Positions 28,719 through 42,390 of a stretch of 64,000 nucleotides of DNA are shown here, piece after piece. Under the pieces are notes generated by a model. That model was not told the origin of the DNA and did not search any database. It was given only the letters and a program-made list of their open reading frames with translations. Origin of the DNA: Octopus vulgaris (lineage: Eukaryota). Every line of letters starts with the position of its first letter. Positions within the stretch are counted from its first letter, which is position 1. The stretch is from positions 69,378,001 through 69,442,000 of the forward strand of contig OX597826.1 in assembly GCA_951406725.2 (NCBI GenBank), written 5' to 3'. A program made the position numbers and the translations under genes.

Positions 28719-28945
28719 CCTGGATGTATTAATAACAGGCACCAAGTATGGATTCAGGACATCCGTATACCGCAAGCCGACCTTCACTGGATGATACCTG
28801 AACTTCAACTCCCACCATCCATACAGTGTAAAGAGAGGGATTGCTCAGTGCCTAAACCATCGAGCAATGACTATAAGTAGCGATCGTGATACCCACCACG
28901 AAGAAATGATCAAGCTCAGTAACAATCTATTAAGCAACAACTACA
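28719..28945 (+). mobile_element. PLE reverse transcriptase C-terminal/thumb fragment
   Basis: LDVLITGTKYGFRTSVYRKPTFTG*YLNFNSHHPYSVKRGIAQCLNHRAMTISS...LLSNNY, matching the hallmark PLE 'VYRKPT.T..YL.F.S.HP' motif; one stop. Confidence 0.92.
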
Positions 28946-29043
28946 ATTTTCGTTGCTTTGGAACTTTGTCAATGGATGTTGACTTTTATCTAATGAGAGT
29001 CAACATCCATTGATAAGGTTGCAACGCCGGGTTATAGTGCTAG
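28946..29043 (+). mobile_element. Helitron-type 3' end with subterminal hairpin
   Basis: TCAATGGATGTTGACT/AGTCAACATCCATTGA hairpin, then GCAACGCCGGG...CTAG|T. Confidence 0.6.
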
Positions 29044-29084
29044 TGCATGCATATACAGCTGTGTATGTGTGCACATACACGCGA

Positions 29085-29372
29085 GCACTGTCCAAATCTC
29101 CGACCAATCACATACAGCTAGCTGGCATTCAATTGGCGTATCAAGTTTCGGGAATTTTGATAGGGTTTTGGATAGAAAATTCACAAAAATGTCACTTTTA
29201 TTGATTTTTTTAATGGCTTTGCGGAGTGAGTGGGGGAATGTAAATATGTGCGCGACCACCCTTGGGCGGTTTTGAATGACCATAGAAAGTGCGAGCCTTC
29301 AAACTGAAAAATTGTGTATTTGTATAAAGGATACACAGACAGACAGACAGACATTTTGCCGTTTATATATTA
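29085..29372 (-). mobile_element. Helitron 5' fragment related to 44595-45400
   Basis: Minus strand TATATAAACGGCAAAATGTCTGTCTG versus TATATAAACGGCAGTTTGTCTGTCTG at 44603. Confidence 0.65.
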
Positions 29373-29795
29373 GGGATAAATAAGTGGAAATTGAACCGGA
29401 GAGTATATTACAAATTAAGGCATTAAGGCAGTATGACTCTCCCCAAACACTTCAAAATGTGCTTCAACAAGCGAAATCACATAATCAGATGCAAACACGA
29501 AGTATAATAGAATATTTTTTCAGCGTGAAAAGGCTCCTTCCGAATAAGACAGGAATCAAAGGGGTGCATAGACAAAAAAAAATAGTTGAGAACCTCTGCT
29601 GTACCTACACAGTTGTCCAGGTGTACTGTGCGGCTCTCAGTGAGCTAGAAGCATGATATAAGCGAAAGAATCGATCTATATATCGTGTGTAGTTGGGCCG
29701 ACTGCTAGAGCAACATATGACTCATTGATTAGAGGTGACGACACGAAGCTACAACAACAACAACAATAAAAAACAACAGAAACGCCATCACTTCT

Positions 29796-30195
29796 TATTT
29801 CTTTACTACCCACAAGGGGCTAAACACAGAGGGGACAAACAAGGACAGACAAAGGGATTAAGTCGATTACATCGACCCCAGTGCGTAAATGGTACTTAAT
29901 TTATCGACCCCGAAAGGATGAAAGGCAAAGTCGACCTCGGCGGAATTTGAACTCAGAACGTACCTCTTTCTCTACTACCCACAAGGGGCTAAACACAGAA
30001 GGGACAAAGAAGGATAGACAAACGGATTAAGTCGATTACATCGACCCCAGTGCGTAACTGGTACTTAATTTATCGACCCCGAAAGGATGAAAGGCAAAGT
30101 CGACCTCGGCGGAATTTGAACTCAGAACGTAACGGCAGACGAAATACCGCTAAGCATTTAGTCCGGCGTGCTAAAATTTCTGCCAGCTCAACGCC
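29796..30195 (-). mobile_element. SINE family A, dimeric copy
   Basis: Two tandem bodies with tail type 1. Confidence 0.92.
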
Positions 30196-30487
30196 ATCCC
30201 TTCTACCATCACCCAACCACTCACAAATCTAAAAGTTAAAATGGTTCCTCCTACGATTTCGACGACGAGCTGTTCGAAATAAACAGCTCCTATCAAGTCA
30301 TTCGATTTTAGTGTAACTGGTTGATTTAACCTACGTAGGTATGTACTCTTAATGTAATCCATAGGAGAACCCAGCGTGTCGCAATGTTTGACAAGGATTG
30401 TCCTTTGAAGCGCAGACTGCGGCGGCGCCAGCGTTTTGTACCAGCCGCGCCAGTAAACAATGACAAACACGAAAAGTTTTTGCAAAT

Positions 30488-30488
<1 letters not shown>

Positions 30489-30548
<60 letters not shown>

Positions 30549-30783
30549 AAGCAGTAGTAGTATATTTCTTTACTACCCACAAAGGGCTAAACACAGAGGG
30601 GACAAAGGGATCAAGTCGATTACATCGACCACAGTGCGTAACTGGTACTTAATTTATCGACCCCGAAAGGATGAACGGCAAAGTCGACCTCGGCAGAAAT
30701 TGAACTCGGAACGTAACGACAGACGAACTACGGCTACGCATTTCGCCCGGCGTGCTAACGATACAGCCAGCTCGCCGCCTTTT

Positions 30784-30840
<57 letters not shown>

Positions 30841-31075
30841 AAGCAGTAGTAGTATATTTCTTTACTACCCACAAAGGGCTAAACACAGAGGGGACAAAGG
30901 GATCAAGTCGATTACATCGACCACAGTGCGTAACTGGTACTTAATTTATCGACCCCGAAAGGATGAACGGCAAAGTCGACCTCGGCAGAAATTGAACTCG
31001 GAACGTAACGACAGACGAACTACGGCTACGCATTTCGCCCGGCGTGCTAACGATACAGCCAGCTCGCCGCCTTTT

Positions 31076-31129
<54 letters not shown>
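30489..31129 (-). repeat. 292-bp tandem duplication of (TAG)n plus SINE A
   Basis: 30547-30785 and 30839-31077 appear identical, including private variants. Confidence 0.95.
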
Positions 31130-31130
<1 letters not shown>

Positions 31131-31379
31131 TTCTTCTATTTGCCACCAGGGCGACGGATGAGGGGTACAATACAAAGAGACATGACGGGTAAGGATTTGC
31201 CTAGAATCAAATAGTTAAAAATAAAAGGATGCATGGTATTCAGAATTTAAAAAAAAAACGTCATCAAAGTAAGTATAAATAAATGATGGCGATGAGGATA
31301 ATGTGATGCAGTCTCCTTGATGCTGGAGGACTTCGAAGGTCAATCGAAGAAGCCCACCATCACAGATCGTTCTGATCAG

Positions 31380-31661
31380 CTGTAAACACACCATCACCGG
31401 TTGTCAAGTGCGGTCGTGGTGGTGGGGCGACACAGACTCAAAGAATCACACACAGACGCACACACACTCACACACACACATATATATATAAATATATATG
31501 ACGGGCTTCTTTCGGTTTCCATCTACCAAATACATCCACAAGGCTTTGGTCAACCCGAGGCTATAGTAGAAGACACTTGCCCAAGGGGTCACAGAGTGGG
31601 ACTGAACTCAAAACTATCTGACTGAGAAGCAGTCTTCTTACCACACAACCACGCCTGCGCC
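31380..31661 (-). mobile_element. SINE family B
   Basis: Homology. Confidence 0.85.
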
Positions 31662-31677
31662 TAAACACGTGCCAAGC

Positions 31678-32298
31678 AACTGGTTTTAGTTTACAACTAG
31701 AAAGCTCTACCTGTATAATAACATTTGCGTCTTGTTTTCCTCTTAAAATAATTTCCAGGAGGGCAATAAATGTGTAGAATCAGTAGCGACAGATAAATTG
31801 TTTTCTGGTAATTAATTATATCGAAGTTCAAATCCTGCCGACGTTAATTTACCCTTTTATCGTTCAGGGTCAATCATTTTTGCATTCCATCTTTTGCGAT
31901 CGATGATATAAATACCGACTGACGCCCTTCCACTAAGTTTCAGGTTTTGCGCTCTTGCTAGAGAGTAAATATATGAATAGTCACACACAGACTCGTCACT
32001 TACAAGGTATAACATGGTGTGAGCATACATCGTACCTTTGGGAAATGTTTCTTTCGTGTACCAGTATAGTAGCGAACTGCCACAGACACTTCTCCTAGCA
32101 TTTAATGGTTGAACGTGAGAAAGGTCCAAGATGTGAAAAGATAGAGTGTTCCATTGACCCCCACCCCCACCCCAGTAAATGACTGATACCGTACTTTATT
32201 GAAACTGAAACACAATGATGACCTCGTGAGATTTGAACCTCAAACTTGAAGAAGCAAACAGAAAAATACCGCCAGGCACATTGTCTGACAATCCCACG

Positions 32299-32338
<40 letters not shown>

Positions 32339-32371
32339 AATATATAGAAAAACATATGTGCATAAAGGGGT

Positions 32372-32409
<38 letters not shown>

Positions 32410-32443
32410 GTGTGTGTGCATGTATATGTGAATATGTGTATAT

Positions 32444-32493
<50 letters not shown>

Positions 32494-32641
32494 TAGATAG
32501 ATATATATACGTATATCTTTATGTACACGTGCGTGCACAAATGTATGACTGTTTGTGTATAAGCATGTACTCACAATATATAATATATATACACACACTC
32601 ATATATATATATATATAGATCTATTTGTGTGTGTGTATGTG

Positions 32642-32679
<38 letters not shown>

Positions 32680-32898
32680 CGGGTGTATAGACCAGGTTTT
32701 TCTATAAACGAGCATCATGAAGTTTACAACTTTCATGTTTACGTAGAAATTTTCTAGATAACATAACATTTGGTCATCTGATGTTCGTCGATCAGCTTGC
32801 ATGCCTGCAGTCCTGTGGTTTGTTGCTGATAAGAAGAGTTTCAACATCATGGTTACTGTAATACATACACACATACACACATACATACATACAGCATT

Positions 32899-32982
<84 letters not shown>

Positions 32983-33100
32983 GTTGTTGTTATTATTATT
33001 ATTATTATTATTGTTATTATTAATGCTACTTTCATGATTAGGTGTAATTCAGGTCGTTCTGTTTTATCAGTTCTTTATGCATACGTACATAATTATATAT

Positions 33101-33143
<43 letters not shown>

Positions 33144-33176
33144 TATATGTATATGAATATATGTATATATGTGTTG

Positions 33177-33217
<41 letters not shown>

Positions 33218-33312
33218 AATATATGTATATATATATATACACACACACACCAATACATATATGCATATATATATATATATGTATGTGTATATATATATTA
33301 TACATATGGTCT

Positions 33313-33353
<41 letters not shown>

Positions 33354-33450
33354 AAAATATATATATGTATGTGAGTATATATGTATATATATGTATATAT
33401 ATATATATTTATATATAACATTATATATATATATATACATATATGCACAC

Positions 33451-33498
<48 letters not shown>

Positions 33499-34170
33499 TT
33501 CGTGATAATCTGTTTCATAGCCAGAGTGCATTTGGTTCATCTTATACAACTTGGCTGTTTTGGTTTTATTTGCTTTTTATTTTACCTAGATGTATTGTCT
33601 GCCGTGTTTACTCTGTTTAATTTGTTTCTGTATTGTTCCATAGCTTAGTCTTACTAACTTTTATGCAAAGAGGAAAACAGTAAATTCATGACTCCAACTT
33701 ATATTATATTGACCGTACAAAGTACGATGTTTTCCCTGTCGGCTCACCATGACTTTACAGCAAGACGCCATTTCACGGCTCTACATTACACAACATTTCA
33801 CAATAATCTCGATACGAAGAACACATTACTTGATAATACAACGATTGTGTATAATGTTACCTCCCAAAAGATAGATTAAATATGGAGTTTTAGATTGGCT
33901 TTAATCGTCGTCGCAGTGCCGCAGTTTGCAATTTCCACGAAACTAAGCAATTTTTAACTGGTATTTTGTTCGGATTGACCCTGAACGATAAAAGAGTAAA
34001 TTAACGTCGGCAGGATTTGAACTTCGATATAATTAATTACCAGAAAACAATTTATCAGTCGCTACTGGTTCTACACATTTATTGCCCCCTTGGAAATTAT
34101 ATTAAGAGGAAAACAGGACGTAAATGTTATTATACAGGTAGCGCTTTCCAGTTGTAAACTAAAACCAGTT
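31678..34170. repeat. Inverted duplication, arms 31678-31875 and 33973-34170
   Basis: About 198-bp arms with about 10 mismatches by eye; 2.1-kb spacer. Confidence 0.92.
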
Positions 34171-34223
34171 CTTAATTGCTGAAAGATACATGTACTTAAT
34201 GATAAAAATCACAAGCTTGGCTG

Positions 34224-34885
34224 TCAGGTAAGAAGATTGCTCCCCAAGCACATGGTTCCGGGTTCAGTCCTTATGCGTGGTACCTTGAGCAAGTGTTTTT
34301 TTACTATAGCCTCGGCTTGCGAGGCTTGCGAATGGATTCGGTAGACGGAAAGTGAAAGGCGTCCGTCGTATAGGCGCAGGTGTGGCTGTGTGGTAAGAAA
34401 CTTACGTCCTGCCACACAGCCACGCTTGCGCCTATACGATGGACGAAGGCGGCGAGCTGGCAGAAACATTAGCACGCCGGGCGAAATGCTTAGCATTATT
34501 TCGTCTGCCGTTACGTTCTGAGTTCAAATTCCCTCGAGGTCGACTTTGCCTTTCATCCTTTCGGAGTCGATAAATTAAGTACCAGTTACGCACTGGGGTC
34601 GATGTAATCGACTTAATCACTTTATCTGTCCTAGTTTATCCCCTCTATGTTTAGCCCCTTGAGGGCAATAAAAAATCAGAAGCTTGCATCCTGACCACAT
34701 GGTTCTGTGTTCAGTCCCACTGCGTGGTACTTTGGGCAAGTGTCTTCTACTATAGCCTCGGACCGACCAAAACCTTGTGAGTGGATTCGGGGTTGATAAA
34801 ATAAGCACCAACCGATCAATGCTGTCGATGTAAACAACAAACACTTCCCCTTAAAATTACAGGCCTTGTGCTAAAAATATCAAAC
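34224..34885 (+). mobile_element. Nested/chimeric SINE cluster (B, B-head palindrome, A, B-A chimera)
   Basis: SINE B 34224-34370; hairpin 34360-34445; SINE A 34448-34672; B 34678-34789 fused to an A-type tail. Confidence 0.85.
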
Positions 34886-35001
34886 GATCCATTATTATTG
34901 TTACAGCTATCAAAACCCAAGTCAGTGTTAACAATTGCTTATTTAGGACTACATTTTATGAAATGTGTCTTCTCTCATACAAGACTATAGAGTTACATTA
35001 G

Positions 35002-35330
35002 TGAGGGCGGATGGCTTAGTGGTTAGGGTACTTGACTCACGATCGTAAGGTCGTGAGTTCGATTCCCAACGAGGAGTTTTGTCCTTGAGCAAGATACTTG
35101 ATTTCACGTTGCTCCGGTCCACACAGCTGGTGAAGATGATTAGTACCTGTATTTCAAAGGGGCAGCCTTTATCACATTCTGTGTCACGCTGAATCTCACT
35201 GAGAGCTTCTTTAAGGGTATGCATGCCTATGGAATACTCAACCACTTTGCACGTTAGTCTCAAGAGCAAACAGACTTCCGTTGATGGTATCAACTGGAAT
35301 GCAAGTCGACGTAACCGACGGAACGCCAGT
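35002..35330 (+). mobile_element. tRNA-derived SINE family E (D-like 5'/central part, C-like 3' part)
   Basis: TGGCTTAGTGGTTAGGG...GTTCGATTCCC; TCCTTGAGCAAGATACTT...; GTACCTGTATTTCAAAGGG...CGTAACCGACGG. Confidence 0.85.
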
Positions 35331-35793
35331 TTAGGATTTGACTTGCGGGAAATCTGGCTGCCATTTTTAACAAGTTGTATGACTCTCTCTCTTTTACTCT
35401 TTTACTTGTTTCAGTTATTTGACTGTGGCCATGCTGGAGCACTACTTAGATTTTTCACTCATAATGCTGTGCAGCTCTTTCTTCAATGTTTAAATCCAAT
35501 TTCTACTTTCTCGAACCACTTAGCAAACTCGGAGAAAAGCATGAAGATTGCATAATCACAGAACCAACTTTCTTAATTGATTATCAGCTGTTCTAGATGA
35601 ATAAGAAATTATCGTATCTTCTCTTTACATCCGCATTTCTTTCTCTCTTCCTTTCTTTCTTTCTTCCTTTCTTTCTTTCTTTCATTTCCTTCTTTGTTTT
35701 TTTTTTCTATTCTAGATTTCAAATCACTTCCATTTTCCTCCATTTCCTAACTCTTCACATTCTTGACATTCCTCGCATTCTTCAACCATTTTC

Positions 35794-35796
<3 letters not shown>

Positions 35797-35844
<48 letters not shown>

Positions 35845-35980
35845 TTCTTCTTCTTCTCCTTCGTCTCCTTCGTCTCCTTCTTCTTCGTCCTCTTCTTCTC
35901 CTTCTTCTTCTTCTCCTTCTTCTTCTTCTTCTTCTTCTTCTTCTTCCACTACTACTATTACTACTACTACTACTACAACA

Positions 35981-36044
<64 letters not shown>

Positions 36045-36152
36045 ATACTAATACTACTAATACTACTACTACTTTTCCTCAATCAGCTTTCCTTCGTCGG
36101 ATTATTATTATTATTATTATTATTATCATTATTATTATCATTATTATTATTA

Positions 36153-36202
<50 letters not shown>
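35797..36202. repeat. Serial trinucleotide arrays (TCA)n-(TCT)n-(ACT)n-(ATT)n
   Basis: Direct reading. Confidence 0.96.
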
Positions 36203-36204
<2 letters not shown>

Positions 36205-36543
36205 TCGCGATTATTTTCGGCTTCTTGTTATTTGTTCTACCTATTCTTGTCATCTGCTTCTTTTCTTTTTATTTGCCAATTTTTTTTGTATTCTTTTTTT
36301 CATTTCATTTCATCTCATCTCTTCTTCATAATCTTCATCTATTCTTCTCTTCTTCTTTGTTCCTTTGTTTCTTCTTCTCCTTCCTCCTCCTCCTCCTCCA
36401 CCCCGCACCACTACTACCACCATCTTCTTTTCGCTCTATATATTTTTGATTGCAGCAGAATACATCTTTCCCATCGCATTCTTGTTTACACCCCCCATTC
36501 ACCCACCTGCCTAACAACCACCACACCATCATCACTCTCTCTT

Positions 36544-36574
<31 letters not shown>

Positions 36575-37535
36575 GTTACCCCTCTCTCCCTATTACCCAG
36601 AAGCAGCACCCTCCACATACCCTCCGCGCAACACTTACAACATCCACGCAGCCACCCTCACCAACCAACACCAATAAAAAAAAAGCAAAGAACAGTAACA
36701 ATTATCACATCTGCCTCTCACCTCAACTCACACACATACGCGCAAAAATATGCATACATACATATGAATATATGCGTGTGCATGTATACACATGCATATA
36801 TATATGCATATATATATGCATATATGTGGATATATATGTATGTATCTATATATGTACGTATATGTGTATGTGTACATGCATATATATATATATATATATA
36901 TTTGCATACATATATATATGCATCTATATATGCATATATATATGGATATATATGTATATGTGTATGTGTACATGCATACGTGTCTGTAAATGTATGTGTG
37001 TTTGTACAAATATAATGCATACACACAAACATACACAAATATATATATATATATATACACACCCACTCACACACACATATATATGTGTATGTATATGTAT
37101 ATATATATATATATATATGTAATTATGCATGTATGTATATATATATATGCTTGTGTGTGTGTAGATATATATCTGCATATACACGGAAGCATGCATACAT
37201 ATACACATAGAAACTTACATGCAGATACACACACATACACACACAATCACACATGCTCTCAGTTTCGCCTTATCGCTTTCACTATCTCTCTTTCTCCCTT
37301 TATTGTAAGTTTCACTTATCTACACACATCTTCAAACACGTAGTATCATATACTCATAAACACACACACACACACACATATGCACACACACACACACGCA
37401 CGCACAGACACACAGGCTCACACACGCACATTACCTGGCATTTTGTTTCCTTATCTTCTTGTTCTATCACTTTGAACCTCTTTTCTCTTTCTGTATTATA
37501 AAGTCCCTTCACATCCCTATACACACATAAACACA

Positions 37536-37688
<153 letters not shown>

Positions 37689-38454
37689 GTATACACATGC
37701 AAACAGGTACTCCGTCAGAACTTCGTCGCTGATATCTTCCTTTTTCATTGTCTTTCGTCCTCCTCCTCTTTCTATTTCTCCTCCTACTCCCCCTCCCTTT
37801 CCTTTCCATTATTTCCTCCATCTCTCTCTCTCTCTCCCTCTGTTCCTTTATTTTTTCCTCCCTCTTTCTCTCTCTCTCTCTTGCTTTCTCATCACCGATC
37901 TCTCAACATAATTTCAACGTAATTACCATTTTCTCCCTTCGACGAATTCTTCAAACTCACTTTAAGAATCTCTCCAAGACATATCCTCATACACACACTC
38001 ACACACGCTGATACAGATACAGCCACATACACGAACACACACACACATTCACACACATATACAATATCATCAAAACTAAATACATACTGACACACAATAA
38101 TAACACATACGCGCACGCACCCCACTCGTACGTACTCACAACACTCCACACACACACACATTCGTACAACCCGTGAACACAGACTCACTCTAGCCTTTAG
38201 CTGCACACATACAGAGAGAGAGAGAGAGAGATACAGAGAGAGAGGCACACACGCAATAGCACACATACACTCGTAAACGCATATACACATATAGAAATAA
38301 ACTACCTGTCCCTCATACAGGAACTCAAATATACGCTCAAACGCATGCGCACAAATATTCACATAATCACACATATACAGGAACTTCACACACGCATGCA
38401 CATATCCTATGTCTGTGATACACACATACACATCATACACACGTACATGCTTGA

Positions 38455-38517
<63 letters not shown>

Positions 38518-38520
38518 ATA

Positions 38521-38551
<31 letters not shown>

Positions 38552-38556
<5 letters not shown>

Positions 38557-39047
38557 TTTACTGGGATAAATTATCCCAGTAAATGACCACAGCATTTTAT
38601 CTTGGCTACACGCGGGTGGAAGGGGCTGGTGACACAAACTTTCATTCAAACTTTGAATTTCGTGGTACTGGTCATGCTTTGGCTCGCTCTGACACTGAGT
38701 TGAGATGACGCATTCTAGTATCTCAAAATTTAATATACAATTATTCACAATTGTAGTATCCTGCGCCGATGAGAGAAGAAGTCTGGGTAAAGTAGAATTT
38801 TCTAATTCTTATGATATCCTAAAACTTGATCTCGAAACGTACGTCCGTAGGTAACTTAAAATTGCATGATGGATTGCCGTCATTTCATTCTTTCTTTCTT
38901 ACCTGTCTGTGTTTGCCTTTAAGTGCTGTGTTTTTACTGAGATCCCCCTTTTAGTAGAAGGAATAGCTATATCTCTTTGACTGCTATTTCTAAATTCGGT
39001 GTGTTGGTGAGGCAATTCGTTGCTAAACCCTTAATTACTTAGTATTA

Positions 39048-39048
<1 letters not shown>
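38552..39048 (+). mobile_element. Hammerhead-bearing PLE terminus inserted in (TA)n, starting with a 17-bp hairpin
   Basis: (TA)n on both sides; GTTATTTACTGGGATAA-A-TTATCCCAGTAAATGAC at the 5' edge; hammerhead at 38760-38851. Confidence 0.7.
38760..38851 (+). ncRNA. Hammerhead motif, U4C core, long stem II insert
   Basis: CCTGCG-CCGATGA-GAGA[53 nt]TCTC-GAAA-CGTACG-TC-CGTAGG; 6-bp stem I; stem III palindrome ACGTACGT; GUC cleavage triplet at 38843-38845. Confidence 0.8.
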
Positions 39049-39084
<36 letters not shown>

Positions 39085-39228
39085 TCACACACACACACAC
39101 ATATATATATGTACACACACACACATATATACTCAAACATACACACCGGCATACACATACTAATGTCAACAACACATATTCACACACACACATACACATA
39201 ACACATGCACACGCACACAGAAGCAGGG

Positions 39229-39512
39229 TGACAGAGAGAGAGGGAGAAAGAGAGAGAGCCCGACAGACAGGCAAAGAGACAGAAAGAGAGACAGACCGAG
39301 AGAGACAGAGACAGACAGACAAACAGAGAAACAGGCAGACACACAGACAGGCAAAGAGACAGAGAGAGAGACAGACAGACACACAGACACAGACAGACAG
39401 ACAGAGACAGACAAACAGACAGACTGACCGACAGAGAAGCAGCCAGCCAGACAGACAGAGAGATAGACAGGCAAAGAGACAGAGAGAGAGACAGACAGAC
39501 AGACAGAGAGAC

Positions 39513-39547
<35 letters not shown>

Positions 39548-39700
39548 AACAGACAGACAGACAGACCGACAGAGAAGCAGCCAGCCAGCCAGACAGACAG
39601 ATAGACAGGCAAAGAGACAGAGAGAGAGATAGACAGACAGACAGAGAGACAGAGACAGACAGACAGACAAACAAACAGACATACAGATAGGCATATAGAC
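39229..39700. repeat. (GACA)/(GA) compound repeat with higher-order units
   Basis: GACAGGCAAAGAGACAGA recurs 4 times; GACCGACAGAGAAGCAGCCAGCC recurs twice. Confidence 0.9.
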
Positions 39701-39963
39701 ACACACACACACACACACTAATAATCTCACACAGACACAGTTTATACTGATGCTCATTCACATCCACACGCTAATGTCCACACTTACACACATTCACATT
39801 AATACTTTCCGCACACTCACACACATACACGGACATACACGCACACACACCCACACACACACATGCATTTGCTGTCATACGTATACACATAATGCTCATA
39901 TAAGTTTACCCCTGTCTCTGCCTATCTCACACACACACACACATACAAACTTTATCCCATTAG

Positions 39964-40187
39964 CTATTTCTTTACTGCCCACAAGGGGCTAAACACAGAA
40001 GGGACAAACAAGGACAGACATAGGTATTAAGTCGATTACATCGACCCCAGTGCGTAACTGGTACTTAATTTATCGACCCCCGAAAGGATGAAAGGCAAAG
40101 TGGACCTCGGCGGAATTTGAACCCAGAACGTAACGGCAGACGAAATACGGCTACGCATTTCGCCCGGCGTGCTAACAGTTCTGCCAG
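39964..40187 (-). mobile_element. SINE family A, tail type 1
   Basis: Homology. Confidence 0.92.
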
Positions 40188-40469
40188 GTATCCCATTAGC
40201 ACACACTTCCTCACTCGCATATATACGAACCAAAAAGTACGAGAACCGTGTGGTGTTTCAACTTGCTAGAAACAACAGCTTAATCACCCACATATTTTAC
40301 CCGAGCCGACATAAAACGTCTTGTATAAAGTGATTCAGGAGAAGTCGTGGGCGAATAGAAAGTAGTGTGGTCACGGATGGAAACCCGTTTGATCATAGTT
40401 CTACTAGATATTCTTTCATGGAATGATAGCATTGAAGATTTGTTGCAAGGTGTCGGTGAATAGCAGGAT

Positions 40470-40818
<349 letters not shown>

Positions 40819-41575
40819 GGCAGTCATATATTTTCAGACTGGAGACCTTCCCCGAAATACTTGTATCCATCAGTCATCTAGTTCTGTACCATAAAGTTCA
40901 AACTATGGCAATGGATGAAGTCCACCACTTCATTAGGCTCTTCAACAGAAATGAATAAGAGAAAATAAACAGAGAGAGAATAAAAAACACTTGTAGATTT
41001 CAGCGATTCAGCATGGCGAATGTATATATATAGCAAATGAAAGACATAATATGGAATATACGAGAATTTATTATTAATCACGATAATTTTTTCGACACAT
41101 CTAGCATCGATTCCTCTTGGAAGGGACACTCAACAACGGATTCAGGGGCATCCGGTGGTGCAGATGTATCTCGTCGGGTGATAAATAAATACAACTTGTT
41201 AAATGACTGTTCCGCAATATAACTTTCCGTTTTGTAGGGAGAAAAGCAGCCAAACGGAGGAAATATCATCATTTATATAGAAAATCAAAAATAAAATCGC
41301 TGATAGCAAAAACAGAAACGAACAAGCAATCCAGCGAGAAAAGTATTAAAGATAACCGTTAACAGATATGGATATATAAACGCCCTCGGTCAAGCTGCAT
41401 GGCGCGAGTAGACTCGCTCATACAAGCAACCGCAAAAATGTGAGCATACGCACATGTGAGGTTTGGTGCACTCATGGTCACAAAGCAAATTATTTATCAA
41501 CTTGGTGTTTATAAGAATGGGGAGGTTAAAGCTAAACTTAAGTCATCCATACCTTAAAGTAAATTAAGCTAACGG

Positions 41576-42390
41576 TTACTCAAAATTCATTCTCATTTCA
41601 TAGTGCGAAATTACATTTAAATGCGTGTAGGCATCTCGAGAGACGTTCAGAGATTCTATTATCTTTTCCTTAGTCCACAAGATAGACAGGGATTCCACCG
41701 AGCAGAGAGAGCATATCTTGGAAATTACAGTGTATGGTTTCACATACCTTACTATGGACCAATTAATGCAGTACTTCGTTTTATCCTCTTTCAGTCGCCT
41801 TTCAAAATCTGCCAAAGATGTTGAATATCTCTTATTGATTGTCTTAAACCTGGCAACGTGGTTAGATATACGATTCTCAAATGGATCAGCCGTCTGCCCA
41901 ATGTAAACATAAGGTCCTCCACTTGTGTGCACGGTACATTTATATATAACATTTATACTCATGCAGAAATTCATCAAAGGACATTTTGATTTTTCTCTGC
42001 ATGAGCATTTATGGCATTTATTTGTATATAAGGGAATCCCGACATCATTTACTGGTGTTCTTACCGTGCTAGCTGTATCATGAGTATTTCTACTACAACA
42101 AATTGTCGTAGTTGGTGTTTATCAATGCGGTTTACACCTCTTTGGTTGGTATTTAGATGGAAATATTCGCTAGATCATGTAGGTGGGTTACTGAACCTTT
42201 GCCGCATTTAACTATTGCTTACGCGATGCTTAAGCTGCGCTTAATTAGCAGAGTTGGCGTAGAATACCTTCAAGGTGTGTCGATTAAATATAACATGATA
42301 CCGATTAGGACTAGCGCCCTTGGTTGAAATATGCAAACCGAAAATCGGGTTGAACCAGATGACATCCTGACCCCTATATCTGTTGTTAGG
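41576..42390 (-). mobile_element. Decayed Penelope-like element: linker plus GIY-YIG endonuclease
   Basis: DVIWFNPIF...YHVIFNRHTLKVFYA (cf. IIWFNPPY...IFNRNT.K.SYS) and VIYKCTV...YIGQT...NH...STSLA...W.I...CSLCSVE. Confidence 0.92.
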
